In this document: in pieces, positions 51,002 to 64,000 of the stretch | How the letters are laid out: every line of letters starts with the position of its first letter | Position numbering within the stretch: the first letter of the stretch is position 1 | Assembly: GCA_951406725.2 (NCBI GenBank) | Contig: OX597842.1 | Location: 5,084,001-5,148,000, forward strand | Source of the DNA: Octopus vulgaris | Lineage: Eukaryota | Reading direction: 5' to 3' | DNA length: 64,000 nt | The notes under the pieces: generated by a model | Database searches by the model: none | What the model was told of the DNA's origin: nothing | What the model saw: only the letters and a program-made list of their open reading frames with translations | Translations under genes and position numbers: made by a program

Positions 51002-52269
51002 TGAGTCTTGGAGAGAATGAAATTAGACATGAAAGGAGGAACCAAAGGTTGCTGAATGGTACTCGCAGAGTCCAAAACAACAGGAAATTGTTTCGAGCCA
51101 AAACTACAGTTGGCCCCCAAAAGTCATCTGTGAATCCTTCATCTTCCAGAGGCATCTTTGACCAACACGAGAACATTCCAACAGCACCACCACCAACAGC
51201 AGCAGCAACAAAGCCAACATCATCAGCAATGAGTAAGAAAAAGCTATCAGGCTCTTCCTCCACCTCATCATCTGGCAGAGGCAGTTTTGTCCGTCAGAAG
51301 TTACCCCTACAGACAGCATCGGAGGAAAATGCTGCAAACCAAACCTGTCGTAGTGTTGACAACAGTTTCCGACCAAACGACAGTAACCCGCATATCCTGA
51401 AATGGTTGCAGAAGAAGGACAAAGACTTCTGGCAACAGAAACGAGAGATGAAGGTGAGAAAGAAGCTGGAAACTGAGAACAGAAAACTCGATGCAGCCTT
51501 CAAAGCAGATCGTCAGCTCCACTCGAGTGCAGCATTTGAAGAGTGGATGCATCACAAGGCAAAAGGAAAGAAATTCCTGTCTGCAAGTTCTACTGCAAAG
51601 AGCTCCATTGACGTGTCACAGGAGCCAAAACAAAGCCCAAAACCCACATATGGGTTTCCGTTTATGAGTAAGGAACAGCATGAGGGTGAAGGTGATGATG
51701 ATGCTGGTGTTCAAGAGCAGACGTTGTCTGCTCCTCAGAAGGGTTCAGGTTTTGTTAAAGCAGGCAAAAGTTTGTTGCATGAGGAGAATCTTGAAGTGAA
51801 TTTCTTGAGGATGACAAACCTTCAGAATTGGCAAACAAAAAACCCAGTTTCCAACTTCACATCAAGTCAAGCAGAGACTGGAACAGATGTTCCTCTTGAT
51901 AATCCTGAGAGTTCAACAAGATTTGCTGACTGTGGTGTTGATCAAAATAAAGAGGAACTTGAAATAGCTAGCAAGACTGAAAAGCACAATGTATGGCAAA
52001 TGAAGAGGTTAGTGTCAGAACACAAGAAATCCAGTTTGATATTCCAGCAACCAGATGAGGACAATGGTAGAAATCAGGGAAAAGAACAAAGTTTCTATGG
52101 GAAGCCAGAATCACAGTCATCATCACCTCCAACTCCACTGCCACTGGTAATGAAGAAATCAACCACTAGACCTAAAACTGCCCATGGACGCCGATCAAGG
52201 TGCTCTGCAGCAACAAGCAGAGATAAATGTCTTGTATCCCCTCAACTCATGCCACTTCCATCTCTATAG
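51002..52269 (+). CDS. Coding exon 2 of the uncharacterised protein, with a coiled-coil W-x-x-x-K segment reminiscent of CCDC181/CCDC34-type domains
   Basis: Acceptor 'tctcttattttccag' ends at 51001 and its phase matches exon 1 (A+TG = Met). Motif 'LKWLQKKDK..KREMK..SSAAFEEWMHHK', plus 'RPKTA'. Orthology is not established. Confidence 0.8.
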
Positions 52270-53909
52270 ACACCAGTTATCTTAATTTGAATCCACAGAT
52301 ATACAGAAAATACTTGTCCCCATCTATCTATGCCACTTTGAACACTATAGACACAACTGTCTAACCCAAATGCACAGATTCATGAAAGATACATATTTCG
52401 CCTTACCTTTATGGCTCCCATCTCTATATACACAAGTTATCTAACGGGAATATCCAGACATGAAAGAAAGGAATGTCCTGTATCCCCACCTGTCCGTACC
52501 ACTTCTAATACTAAAGACACCAGTTGTTTAACCTGAATATCTAAATATGCAAGAAATAGATGTTCTGTGTCCCTCATATCATTTCCATAGACACAAATTA
52601 TCTAACCTGAATGTACAGATATGCATCACTCTTGCCTCTAACACTCTCCTCATTATAGGTATATACTATTATGAAATCTGGACACACATATATGTAACAG
52701 CCAAACCTGTATCACAAACACATGGATTCCTCTGCAGTCTGCAGAAATGGTAAACAATTCAGTTAGGATCAGATGTTGGTTCCCTTTAAAGCCTAAAAAA
52801 CAAAAAGTGTAAAGAAGAAAATTAGTGCTCTGTTGATTATGATGATGATGAGTTCCAGCTGATCTGATTGACAGAACAGCCTGCTTGTGAAATTAACATG
52901 CAAGTGGCTGAGCACTCCACAGACATGCGTAGTTTGACAAAGAATATGATAAGGCTGGTCCTTTGGAATAGAGGTACAACTCATTTTTGCCAGCTGAGTG
53001 GATTGGAGCAACATGAAATAAAGTGTCTTGCTCAAGGACACACAAAAACTGGCACACCATTGGTTACAGCAATGAGTATTTCAGTTGATCAACAGAACAG
53101 CCTGCTTGTGAAATTAACGTGTAAGTGGCTGAGTATTCCACAGACATGCATACCCTTTACTTAGTTCTCTGGGAGATTTGGTGTGACACAGTGTGTGACA
53201 AGGCTGGCTCTCTGGAGTACAGGTACGACTCATTTTTGCCAGTCAAGTTGATTGGAACAATATAAAATAAAGCTTCTTACTCAAGGACACAAAACTGCTG
53301 GAAATTGAACTCACTACATTATGATCATGAGCCAAACTCCCTAACCACTAAGCCACATGCCTTCATAAACTTCAAATAACAGTTACAATGGACCACATAA
53401 AGTTGTAGTGACTCATTATAAACTCACTGTAGTCCTCCACTCTACCAATACAGCTGCTGACAATCTACTGACATCCAAGGTCACACATAGAGAGACTTGT
53501 AAGAAGCGATTGTGCTTCATCTACAAGAATATTAAGTCCTCCCACCAAATTCTCTGTACTTATATATTGGTGAATCTATTTAATCTTTTTTCTTATATTA
53601 ATTTATTCATTAGGTTATGATGAAATGACTGTGTGGTTTATGTTACATAATCATTGCTTCCGTTCATGATTGTCCAAGTTGTTAAATGATTTGATTCATG
53701 TTGTTGAAATGGCTGTAACCAGGAAATAAATGTGATACCAGTACCTCTATTCTTTCACTTGTTATATACATACATACGTATGTACATATGTACATACATA
53801 CATACACCTGTATACCTACATACATACATACTTAGATACATACATACTTAGATACATACATGCCTACATACATACATACTTACATACCTACATGCATACA
53901 TAAATACAA

Positions 53910-54570
53910 GTTCGCTCTCCTTTCTGCATGATCTCCTTTTGGGTTGCTCTCCTTATCCGGCTCTCCTTTTGTCTTGAACTCCTTTCGGCTTGCTCTCCTT
54001 TCCGCATGCTCTCATTTTTATTTGCTCTCCCTTTCATGCTCTCCATTTGTCTTGCACTCCTTTCTGTTTGCTCTCCTTTCTGACTGCTCTCCTTTTTAGA
54101 TTGCTCTCCGTTACCTGCTCTCCTTTTGTCGTGCACTCCTTTTGGATTGCTATCCTTTCTGTATGCTCTCCTTTTAGATTGCTCTCCTTTACCTGCTCTC
54201 CTTTTGTCTTACACTCCTTTCAGCTTGCTCTCCTTTCTGCCTGCTCTCCTTTTTATATTTGCTCTCCTTTCCCTGCTCTCCTTTTGTCTTGCACTCCTTT
54301 TGTCTTGCTCTCCTTTCTGCCTGCTCTCCTTTTGAGATTGCTCTCCTTTACCTGCTCTCCTTTTGTCTTGCACTCCTTTCGGTTTGCTCTCCTTTCTGCC
54401 TGCTCTCCTTTTAATTTGCTCTCCTTCTCCTGCTCTCCTTTTGTCTTGCACTCCTTTTGGGTTGCTCTCCTTTCTGCCTGCTCTCCTTTTAGATTGCTCT
54501 CCTTTACCTGCTCTCCTTTTGTCTTGCGCTCCATTTAGCTTGCTCTACATTTAGCTTGCTCTCCTTATTG
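53910..54570. repeat. Pyrimidine-rich minisatellite: ~15-16-bp GCTCTCCTTT units in a ~78-bp higher-order repeat
   Basis: 'cctgctctccttttgtc' recurs at 54114, 54192, 54272, 54351, 54429 and 54507. Confidence 0.9.
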
Positions 54571-54689
54571 CAAAAACAACAACAAATTTAAATTAGCAAA
54601 CTTTAATGATTATTTCGACACATTTCGCTTTCTGAAAACTAGTTATTTCGCTTTCTGAAAACTGTTATTTCTGTGAAGATTTTAGGCTA

Positions 54690-57600
54690 CAAAATGTCAA
54701 GATATTTGAGACTTTAGTGATATCTTGGATTAAGAGATCACTAATTTTTTTGTTGTTTTCCAAGTACACATATGCAATATTTTGACATTTTATAACCTGA
54801 AAACATTTGAGATTTTAGTGGTCTCTTGGATAAGTATAAGCTTTTTATCAATCAGTTTACTTATATCTAAGTGATCACTAATTTCTTATATCACATACCA
54901 ATCAGTTAACTTATAACTAATAGATCACTAATTTCTTCCTTGGTTTTCAAGTACACATGTGCAATATTCGGACATTTTCTAACCTGAGTACTTTTGAGAT
55001 TTTAATGATCTCTTGGATCTCTTGGATATAAGCTTATTATCAACCAGTTAACATAGATCACTGAATTTTTGTTACTTTTCAAGTACACATTTGCAATATT
55101 TTGACATTTTCTAACCTGAAAACTTTTGAGACTTTAGTAATCTCTAGTAAGTATAAGCTTTTTTCTCTAAGATCACTAACAGATCATTAACAGATCACTA
55201 ACAGATCATTAAATTCTTCTTTCTTTTCCGAGTACACTTTTGCAAGAGACCTTTGAAACTTTAGTGATAAAGTATAAGCTTAGATCACTTAGATCACAAT
55301 ACTTTGACATTTTCTTTCACTAAGATCACTAACAGATCATTAACAGATCATTAAATTCTTTTTGTTTTTCAAGTACACATTTGCTATATTTTGATATTTT
55401 CTAACCTGAAAACTTTTGAGACTTTAGTGATCATTTGAGACTTTAGTGATATTATCAATCAGGTAACATATTTACCTACAAGTACACATTTGCAATAATT
55501 TGACATTTTCTAACCTGAAAACTTTTGAGACTTTATTCATCTGTAAGATAAATATAAACTTATATTTACCTAACAGATCCCTAAATTCTTGTTACTTTTT
55601 AAGTACACATTTGCAATATTTCGACATTTTCTAACCTGAAAACTTTTAAGACCTTTGTAATCTCTTGGATAAACATAAATTTATTTTCACTCAGTTAACT
55701 TGGATAAATATTTGCAATAATTTGAGATTTTCTAAACAGGAATTTCGAAACTTTTCTAACCTGAAAACTTTTGAGAATTTTGTGATCTCTTGGATAAATA
55801 TCTGCTCATTATATTAACCTAACTAAATTTTTGTTACTTTTCAAGTACACATTTGCAATACTTCGACATTTTATAACGTGGAAACTTATGAAACTTTAGT
55901 AATCTCTTGGATAAGTATAAGCTCTTTTCTCTCAGATCACTAACATATCACTAAATTCTTCTTTGTACACTGTTGCAATACTTTGAGATTTTGTAACCCG
56001 AAAACTTTTGAAACTTTAGTGATAGATCACTAAATCCATCTTACAGATGAATAAAGTCTCAAAATTTTCAGGTTAAAAAATGTCAAATTATTGCATATGT
56101 GTACTTGAAAAACAAAGAATTTAGTGATCTATTAGGTAAATATGTTACCTGATTGATAATACGCTTATATTTATCCAAGAGATCACTAAAGTCTCAAATG
56201 TTTTCAGGTTAGAAAATGTCAAAATATTGCAAATGTGTACTTCTATAACAACATAGAATTTAGTAATCTGTTAGGTTAATATAAGTTAACTGAGTGAAAA
56301 TAAGCTTACGGTCTGAGAGATCATTAAGTCTCAAGAAATTTCAGGTTAGAAAATGTAAAAATATCGCAAATGTGTACTTGAAGAACAAAAAATAATTTAG
56401 TGATCTGTTAAGTTAACTTAAGCTTATCACTAAAGTTTCAAAAGTTTCCAGGTTAGAAAACTCAAATATTGCAAGAGTGTACTTGAAAATCAAAGAAGAA
56501 TTTAGTGAATTTAGTGATCTGAGAGAAAAAAGCTTATACATATCCAAGAGATTACTAAAGTTTCAAAAGTTTCCAGGTTACAAAATGTCGAAGTATTGCA
56601 AATTTGTACTTGAAAAGTAACAAAAATTTAGTGATCTGTTAGGTTAATATAAGTTAATATAAGCTTATATTTATCCAAGAGATCACAAAATTCTCAAAAG
56701 TTTTCAGGTTAGAAAATGTTAAAATATTGCAAATGTGTACTTCTATAACAACACAGAATTTAGTAATTTGATTCATAGTACGCTTATATTTGTGCAAGAA
56801 ATATCTAAAGTCTCAAAAGTTTTCAGGTTAGAAAATGTCAAAATATTGCAAATGTGTACTTGAAAAACAAAAAAGAATTTAGTGATCTGTTAGGTAAATA
56901 TAAGTTACCTCACTGATAACACTCTCCTATTTATCCAAGAGATCACTAAAGTCTCAAATGTTTTCAGGTTAGAAAATGTCAAAATATTGCAAATGTGTAC
57001 TTCTATAACAACAAAGAATTTAGTAGTCTGTTAGGTTAATATAAGTTAACTGAGTGAAAATAAGCTTATGCTTATCCGAGAGATCACTAAAGTTTCAAAA
57101 TTTCCAGGTTAGAAAATGTGTACTTTAAAAAGAAAAAAGAATTTAGTGATCTGTTAACTGATTGATAAGCTTATTCTAATCCAAAGGTTAGAAAATGTCA
57201 ATATAATTGCATATAGAAAAAAAATCAAGTGATCTAAATATAAGTTAGTTGATTGATAAAAATCTTATCCAAAAGATAACTAAAATCTGAAAAGTTTTCA
57301 GGTCAAAAAATGTTAAAATATTGCTTATGTGTACTTGAAAAACAATAAAGAAATTAGTGATCTCTTAGCGAAATATATGTTAACTAATTAATAAAAAGAG
57401 ATCACTAAAATTTCAAAAGTTTTCATGCTTAGAAAATAAGCTTATGCTTATCGAGAGGTCACTAAAGTTTTAAAAGTTTCCACGTCTTGTAACTATCAAA
57501 ATATTTTGTAACTATCAAAAGGAACAAAAATTTAGTGATCTGTTAGGTAAAGATGTTAAATGATATCACTAAAGTCTCAAAAGTTTTAAGGTTAGAAAAT

Positions 57601-60024
57601 GTCAAATGTTGCAAATGTGTACTTGAAAAACAAAGAGATCTATTAGTGATCTAAGAGAAAAAAGCTTATACTTATCCAAGAGATCACTAAAGTCTCAAAA
57701 GTTTTAAGGTTAGAAAATGTCAAAATGTTGCAAAAAAATTTAGTCAATTGTTAAGTAAATATAAGTTAAATGATCGATAATAATACGCTTAAACAAGCTT
57801 TAAAAGTTTCCGTTAGAAAATGTGAAAATATTGACAAATGTGTACTTGAAAATTAAAGTGATCTGTTAGTGATCAGTTAGTGATCTAAGAGAAAAAAGCT
57901 TATACTTATCCAAGAGAACACTAAAGTTTTAAAAGTTTCCAGGTTTTGTAATTGTCAAAATATTGCATATGTTGAATTGAAAAGGAACAAAAATTTAGTG
58001 ATCTGTTAGGTAAAGATAAGTTAAATGAGACTTTAGTGATATCTTGGATAATATGATATCACTAAAGTTTCAAAAGTTTCCAGGTTAGAAAATCTCAAAA
58101 TATTGCAAAAGTGTACTTGAAAAACAAAGAAGAATTTAGTGATCTGTTAGTGATCTGTTAGTGATATAAGAAAAAAGCTTATACTTATCCAAGAGATCAC
58201 TAAAGTTTCAAAAGTTTCCAGGTTTGTAACTCTCAATATATTGCATATATTTAATTGAAAAGTAACAAAAATTTAGTGATCTGTTAGGTAAAGATAAGTT
58301 AAATGAGACTTTAGTGATATCTTGGATAATATGATATCACTAAAGTCTCAAAAGTTTTAAGATTAGAAAATGACAAAATGTTGCAAATGTGTACTTGAAA
58401 AACAAAGAAGAATTTAGTGATCAGTTAGTGATCTGTTAGTGATATAAGAGAAAAAAGCTTATACTTATCCAAGAGATCACTAAAGTTTCAAAAGTTTCCA
58501 GGTTTTGTAACTGTTAAAATATTGCATATGTTTAATTGAAAAGGAAAAAAAATTTAGTGATCTGTTAGGTAAAGATAAGTTAAATGAGACTTTAGTGATA
58601 ACTTGGATAATATGATATGACTAAAGTCTCAAAAGTTTTAAGGTTAGAAAATGTCAAAATGTTGCAAATGTGTACTTAAAAAACAAAGAAGAATTTAGTG
58701 ATCTGTTAGTGATCTGTAAGCGATATAAGAGAAAGAAAATGTCAAAATGTTGCAAATGTGTACTTGAAAAACAAAGAAGAATTTAGTGATCAGTTAGTGA
58801 TATGTTAGTGATATAAGAGAAAAAAGCTTATACTTATCCAAGAGATCACTAAAGTTTCAAAAGTTTCCAGGTTTTGTAACTGTCAAAATATTGCATATAT
58901 TTAATTGAAAAGTAACAAAAATTTAGTGATCTGTTTAGAAAATTTCAAAATGTTGCAAATGTGTACTTGAAAAACAAAGAAGAATTTAGTGATCAGTTAG
59001 TGATCTGTTAGTGATATAAGAGAAAAAAGCTTATACTTATCCAAGAGATCACTAAAGTTTCAAAAGTTTCCAGGTTTGTAACTCTCAATATATTGCATAT
59101 ATTTAATTGAAAAGTAACAAAAATTTAGTGATGTTAGGTAAAGATAAGTTAAATGAGACTTTAGTGATATCTTGGATAATATGATATCACTAAAGTCTCA
59201 AAAGTTTTAAGGTTAGAAAATGACAAAATGTTGCAAATGTGTACTTGAAAAACAAAGAATAATTTAGTGATCAGTTAGTGATCTGTTAGTGATATAAGAG
59301 AAAAAAAGCTTATACTTATCCAAGAGATCACTAAAGTTTCAAAAGTTTCCAGGTTTGTAACTCTCAATATATTGCATATGTTTAATTGAAAAGGAACAAA
59401 AATTTAGTGATCTGTTAGGTAAAGATAAGTTAAATGAGACTTTAGTGATATCTTCGATAATATAATATCACTAAAGTCTCAAAAGTTTTAAGTTTAGAAA
59501 ATGTCAAAATGTTGCAAAGGTGTACTTGAAAAACAAAGAAGAATTTAGTGATGCTAGAGATCTAAGAGAAAAAAGCTTATACTTATCCAAGAGAACACTA
59601 AAGTTTTAAAAGTTTCCAGGTTTTGTAACTGTCAAAATATTGCATATGTTTAATTGAAAAGGAAAAAAAATTTAGTGATCTGTTAGGTAAAGATAAGTTA
59701 AATGAGACTTTAGTGATAACTTGGATAATATGATATGACTAAAGTCTCAAAAGTTTTAAGGTTAGAAAATGTCAAAATGTTGCAAATGTGTACTTAAAAA
59801 ACAAAGAAGAATTTAGTGATCTGTTAGTGATCTGTAAGCGATATAAGAGAAAGAAAATGTCAAAATGTTGCAAATGTGTACTTGAAAAACAAAGAAGAAT
59901 TAATGATCAGTTAGTGTTATGTTAGTGATATAAGAGAAAAAAGCTTATACTTATCCAAGAGATCACTAAAGTTTCAAAAGTTTCCAGGTTTTGTAACTGT
60001 CAAAATATTGCATATATTTAATTG
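54690..60024. repeat. AT-rich satellite (~140-bp subunits, ~280-bp dimer) with an orientation switch near 56035
   Basis: 'aagcttatacttatccaagagatcactaaag..ggttagaaaatgtcaaaatattgcaaatgtgtacttgaaaa' repeats on + after ~56040 and as its reverse complement before ~56030. Confidence 0.92.
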
Positions 60025-60124
60025 NNNNNNNNNNNNNNNNNNNNNNNNNNNNNNNNNNNNNNNNNNNNNNNNNNNNNNNNNNNNNNNNNNNNNNNNNNNN
60101 NNNNNNNNNNNNNNNNNNNNNNNN
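60025..60124. other. Assembly gap (100 N)
   Basis: Run of N. Confidence 1.
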
Positions 60125-60417
60125 TTGAATTGTTAAAGAGATTCAAAGTCAAACCGGTATCATCATTGCTGTTCACTGGCTTTGAATGTGCTTACCGATT
60201 ATCAAACGGTGTCGGGTCTACTAGTCCCTGAGTAAAAAGACGAAACCGGTTTGACTCTGAATCTCTTTAACAATTCAAAATAATGAATTAGGTATGCTAG
60301 GTAAGTGCTGTAGCAGATTACTGGGGCTCCAAGGTTATACCCGAGATGGTAGTTATGGAGCCATTGAAGATTTCCATTGCATTAATCTAATACACCTGCT
60401 TATCGCTTTTCTGTAAA

Positions 60418-60724
60418 TCTTTATATATAAAATTGAAGTTGTGTGTGTGAGACTCTGTCTCCTCCAATTTAGATTCCTAACTACTCCCACATTTTGCGGT
60501 GCAGTTTAACCAAAAGTGGGTATCTTATAGTCGTCATTCATATCGAGCCCTTCTGGGTATTAGCCTGCATCTACGATGAGTCTACAATTTTAAAAAAAAT
60601 TGACCATCATTTTTCCGCATTTTTAATGATTTTTGCTTGGGTTATAGAAGGGAAGTAACTCTCTAAAAATGCTTATATAGTTATTTCCCTTATAAACCCG
60701 AGCAACGCCGGGCAATACTGCTAG
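60418..60724 (+). mobile_element. Non-autonomous Helitron-like element
   Basis: A|TC start followed by TTTATATATAAAA, subterminal hairpin CCCGAGCAACGCCGGG, CTAG|T end and no TSD. Confidence 0.75.
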
Positions 60725-60731
60725 TTTCAAC

Positions 60732-60788
<57 letters not shown>

Positions 60789-60959
60789 AGAATTCACAAA
60801 AAAACAAAAGACGAAGACAGGTGGTGTAGACAACAAACAGGTGTATTAGTTTAACGCTTGGGAAGGTGAGTAAGTCTTTTACGTTTTGAGCCTATGCTCT
60901 TCCACAGAAAGGAACACACAAAGAAACAAGGAGAGAAAATAAAGAAGGTGTAGTGGCTA

Positions 60960-61375
60960 CTACTTTAGGTACAAGGCTTGAGATTTGGTGGGAGAGGGGT
61001 GCCAGTTGATTAGATTGTCCCCAGTACACAACTGGTATTTAATTTATCAACCTCGATAGGATGGAAGGCAGAACTTGAGCTCAGAACATAAGAAATGCTG
61101 CTAAGTATTTTGCATACTAACAGTTCTGGCTGCTTGCTGTCTTGATAATAATAATAATAATAATAATAATACTATGGGCTCAAGGCTTGAAATTTTGGTG
61201 GGAGGGGACCAATCAATTACAACAACCCCAGGATTCAACTGGCATTTATTTTATCGACTCCGAAAGGTTAAAGGTAAAGTCGACCTCAGTGGAATTTGAA
61301 CCCAGAACATGGAGACAGCCGAACTTTTACTAAGCATTTTGTCTGGCATGCTCAAAATTCTGTCACCTTGCCACC

Positions 61376-61407
<32 letters not shown>

Positions 61408-61600
61408 CTTTTCTACTATAGGCACAAGGCCTGGAATTTGGTGGGAGAGGGGTGCCAGTCGATTAGATCGACCCCAGTACACAACTGGTATTTAATTTAT
61501 CAACTCCGATAGGATGGAAGGCAGAACTTGAGCTCAGAACATAAGAAATACCGCTGAGTATTTTTCCCAGCTTGCTAAAAGTTCCGACAGCTTGCTGTCT
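60960..61600 (-). mobile_element. Three tandem Nin/Deu-like SINE copies separated by (TAA)n
   Basis: Unit 'tactataggcacaaggcctggaattt..ccccagtacacaactggtatttaatttatc..gaacttgagctcagaac' and diverged versions of it recur at ~60960, ~61170 and ~61413. Confidence 0.7.
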
Positions 61601-61674
61601 TAATAATAATAATAATAATAATAATAGTAATAATGATGATAATAATAATAATAATAAATATAATAGTAATAATG

Positions 61675-61705
<31 letters not shown>

Positions 61706-61796
61706 TCATGATGATGATGATGAAGATGATAGTAACAACAACAACAATAGCAATAAAAACAATAGTGATAATTCGAAAAATAAAATACCCCTATAA

Positions 61797-61830
<34 letters not shown>

Positions 61831-62249
61831 GAAACAAAATAAAATGAACCTTGCTTGTTTTTCTAAACTGGAATTAGCAAATTCCTCAGGGCCAGTGTGG
61901 AATTTTGCGGTTCAAACATTCAACCAACACCATTGCTACTTCTCCGCACCACACCCCACCACGCCATGTCACGCTGCCACCACCACTACCACCACCTACA
62001 TTATTTTACTGATGAATCCTACAATAATTATGGTGTCTCGTTAGCGTTAACAACCTTTAGAACTTGCTCGGAACACGACCGGTTTACAAGGGAGTGCATC
62101 CTTTGTTGAAGTTTCAGGGGGAGGTTGAACGTAGAAACATGCACCGACACCCCCCATCCCCTGCCAGCGACCCCCCCTCCCTGCCCGGCATAAACTAAAT
62201 AGTGAAAACATGAAAATTCTTGTAGCAGGGACTCTTGAACGACGCGTAC

Positions 62250-62299
62250 AAGCATGTGTGTGTGTGTGTGTGTATACATGTATGAGTTAGTATGTGTAA

Positions 62300-62334
<35 letters not shown>

Positions 62335-62358
62335 TAGATAGATAGATATAAATAGATA

Positions 62359-62394
<36 letters not shown>

Positions 62395-62870
62395 ATATAT
62401 ATATATATACATACATACATATATATACATATTTACATGTATGTATGTGTATATATATATATGTGTGTGTGTGTATGTGTATATGTATATATATATGCAT
62501 ATATTTTCATATATGCTTGTGAGGGTTTAAATATATACAATTATAAATATATATATGCTTGTGTGAGTATATATGTATTTTAAACACACTGAAGCGTGTG
62601 TGTGTGTATAATGTTTGTATATACACATACATCTTCTAAATATATATACAAATATAATGGTTGTATATATGTATACATATGTTAAATGTTATACATTCAT
62701 ACATACATAATGTTTGTATATACATATATAAATAAATATATATATACATACATATATTAAATATTGTATATACATACATAATGTTTGTTTATATGTATAC
62801 ACATGTTAAATGTTATATATACGTACATAATGTTTGTATATATGTATATATATATATTAAATGTTTTATG

Positions 62871-62902
<32 letters not shown>

Positions 62903-63630
62903 ACACATCCCATGTATATACCCATACAAACACACATTTGGCCGTACCTAAAATAGAGAGACGTAATTCTGAGATGCGCAACATAACATAACATGGTGTG
63001 TTTACCTTTAAATACACCACCATATACACCTCTGTATACATCATTTTTATACATCATAACCAGCTCTTGATACAGGTTTAACAATCTGGTTATAGCCCTA
63101 AGCTGAACATTCTACTAGTACACACATACACACATAGTGTGTGTGTGTATATATGTGTGTGTGTTTGGGAGAGAGCAAGTATGTATGTATGGATGTATGT
63201 ATATATGTATGTATGTATGTGTCTATGTATGTATGCATGTATGTATGTGTGTATGTATGTATGTATGTATGTATGTATGTATGTATGTGTGTATGTATGT
63301 ATGTACGTATATATGTATGTATGTGTGCTTGTGTTTGGGTATATATATATATATATGTGTGTATATGAGAAAGAGTATATGTGTGTATTTGTGTATGTAT
63401 ATGTGTGTGTATAAGTTTGTATGTATGCATATGTTTGAAGAGAGAGAGAGGGCACCTGTATGTGTGTTTGTGTGTGTGTGTGTGCATGTGTGTGGGGGAC
63501 AGAGAGAGAGAGAGAGAGAGAGCACATGTAGGCATATGCATGTGTGAGTGGGGGGTTACAGGTTACAGAGGGAGAGAGAGGAGGGAGAGCAGATGTGTGT
63601 ATATATATATACATGTGTATTCATATTTGG

Positions 63631-63679
<49 letters not shown>

Positions 63680-63815
63680 TGTATGCATGCAAGGAAAAAT
63701 ATGTAGGTATATGTGTGTGGGTGCATATGTGTTTGTATGTGTGTGTGTGGGAGAGAGAGAGAATATGTGTGTGTTCATGTTTGGGTGTATACATGCATGT
63801 GTACAAGAAAACTAA

Positions 63816-63850
<35 letters not shown>

Positions 63851-63852
63851 GC

Positions 63853-63910
<58 letters not shown>

Positions 63911-64000
63911 ATATATATGTATATATATATTTGTATGTATATATATATGTATGTATATATATATGTATGTATATATATATATATGTATGTATATATGTAT
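62250..64000. repeat. Compound (TA)n/(TG)n/(TATG)n/(GA)n microsatellite field
   Basis: Directly visible. Confidence 0.9.

Noticed and set aside
53910-54570. Possible CRISPR-like repeat-spacer array
   Set aside because: The intervening bases are only 4-6 nt and recur periodically, the context is eukaryotic, and there are no cas genes.
62028-63854. Numerous Tyr/Ile/His/Thr/Val/Cys-rich ORFs
   Set aside because: They are translations of dinucleotide and tetranucleotide microsatellites.

Overview
This is AT-rich, repeat-dominated eukaryotic DNA; the SINE, RTE and Penelope repertoire suggests an octopus genome (inferred, not database-checked). Nothing looks prokaryotic and there is no CRISPR array. 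One convincing host gene is present: a + strand two-exon CDS (44790-46191 joined to 51002-52269, ~889 aa) with a W-x-x-x-K coiled-coil segment reminiscent of CCDC181/CCDC34-type proteins. Two promoter-like islands with RFX X-boxes (~15.3-15.45 kb and ~20.2-20.5 kb) appear to face in opposite directions. The rest is a nest of mobile elements: a young full-length Gypsy LTR element, two solo LTRs, a near full-length CR1/L2-type LINE with a polyQ tract in ORF1, R4/Dong-type and RTE LINEs, a Penelope-like (probably Naiad-type) element, Tc1 and mariner transposons, fold-back MITEs, Helitron-like elements and many SINEs. There is also a 1.7-kb (ATT)n tract and a 5.3-kb satellite that switches orientation before a 100-N gap. 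The most unusual signal is a set of type I hammerhead-ribozyme motifs in (TA)n-flanked non-coding elements. Several carry long (40-88 nt) stem II insertions and palindromic stem III, and some occur as inverted pairs. All analysis was by eye.
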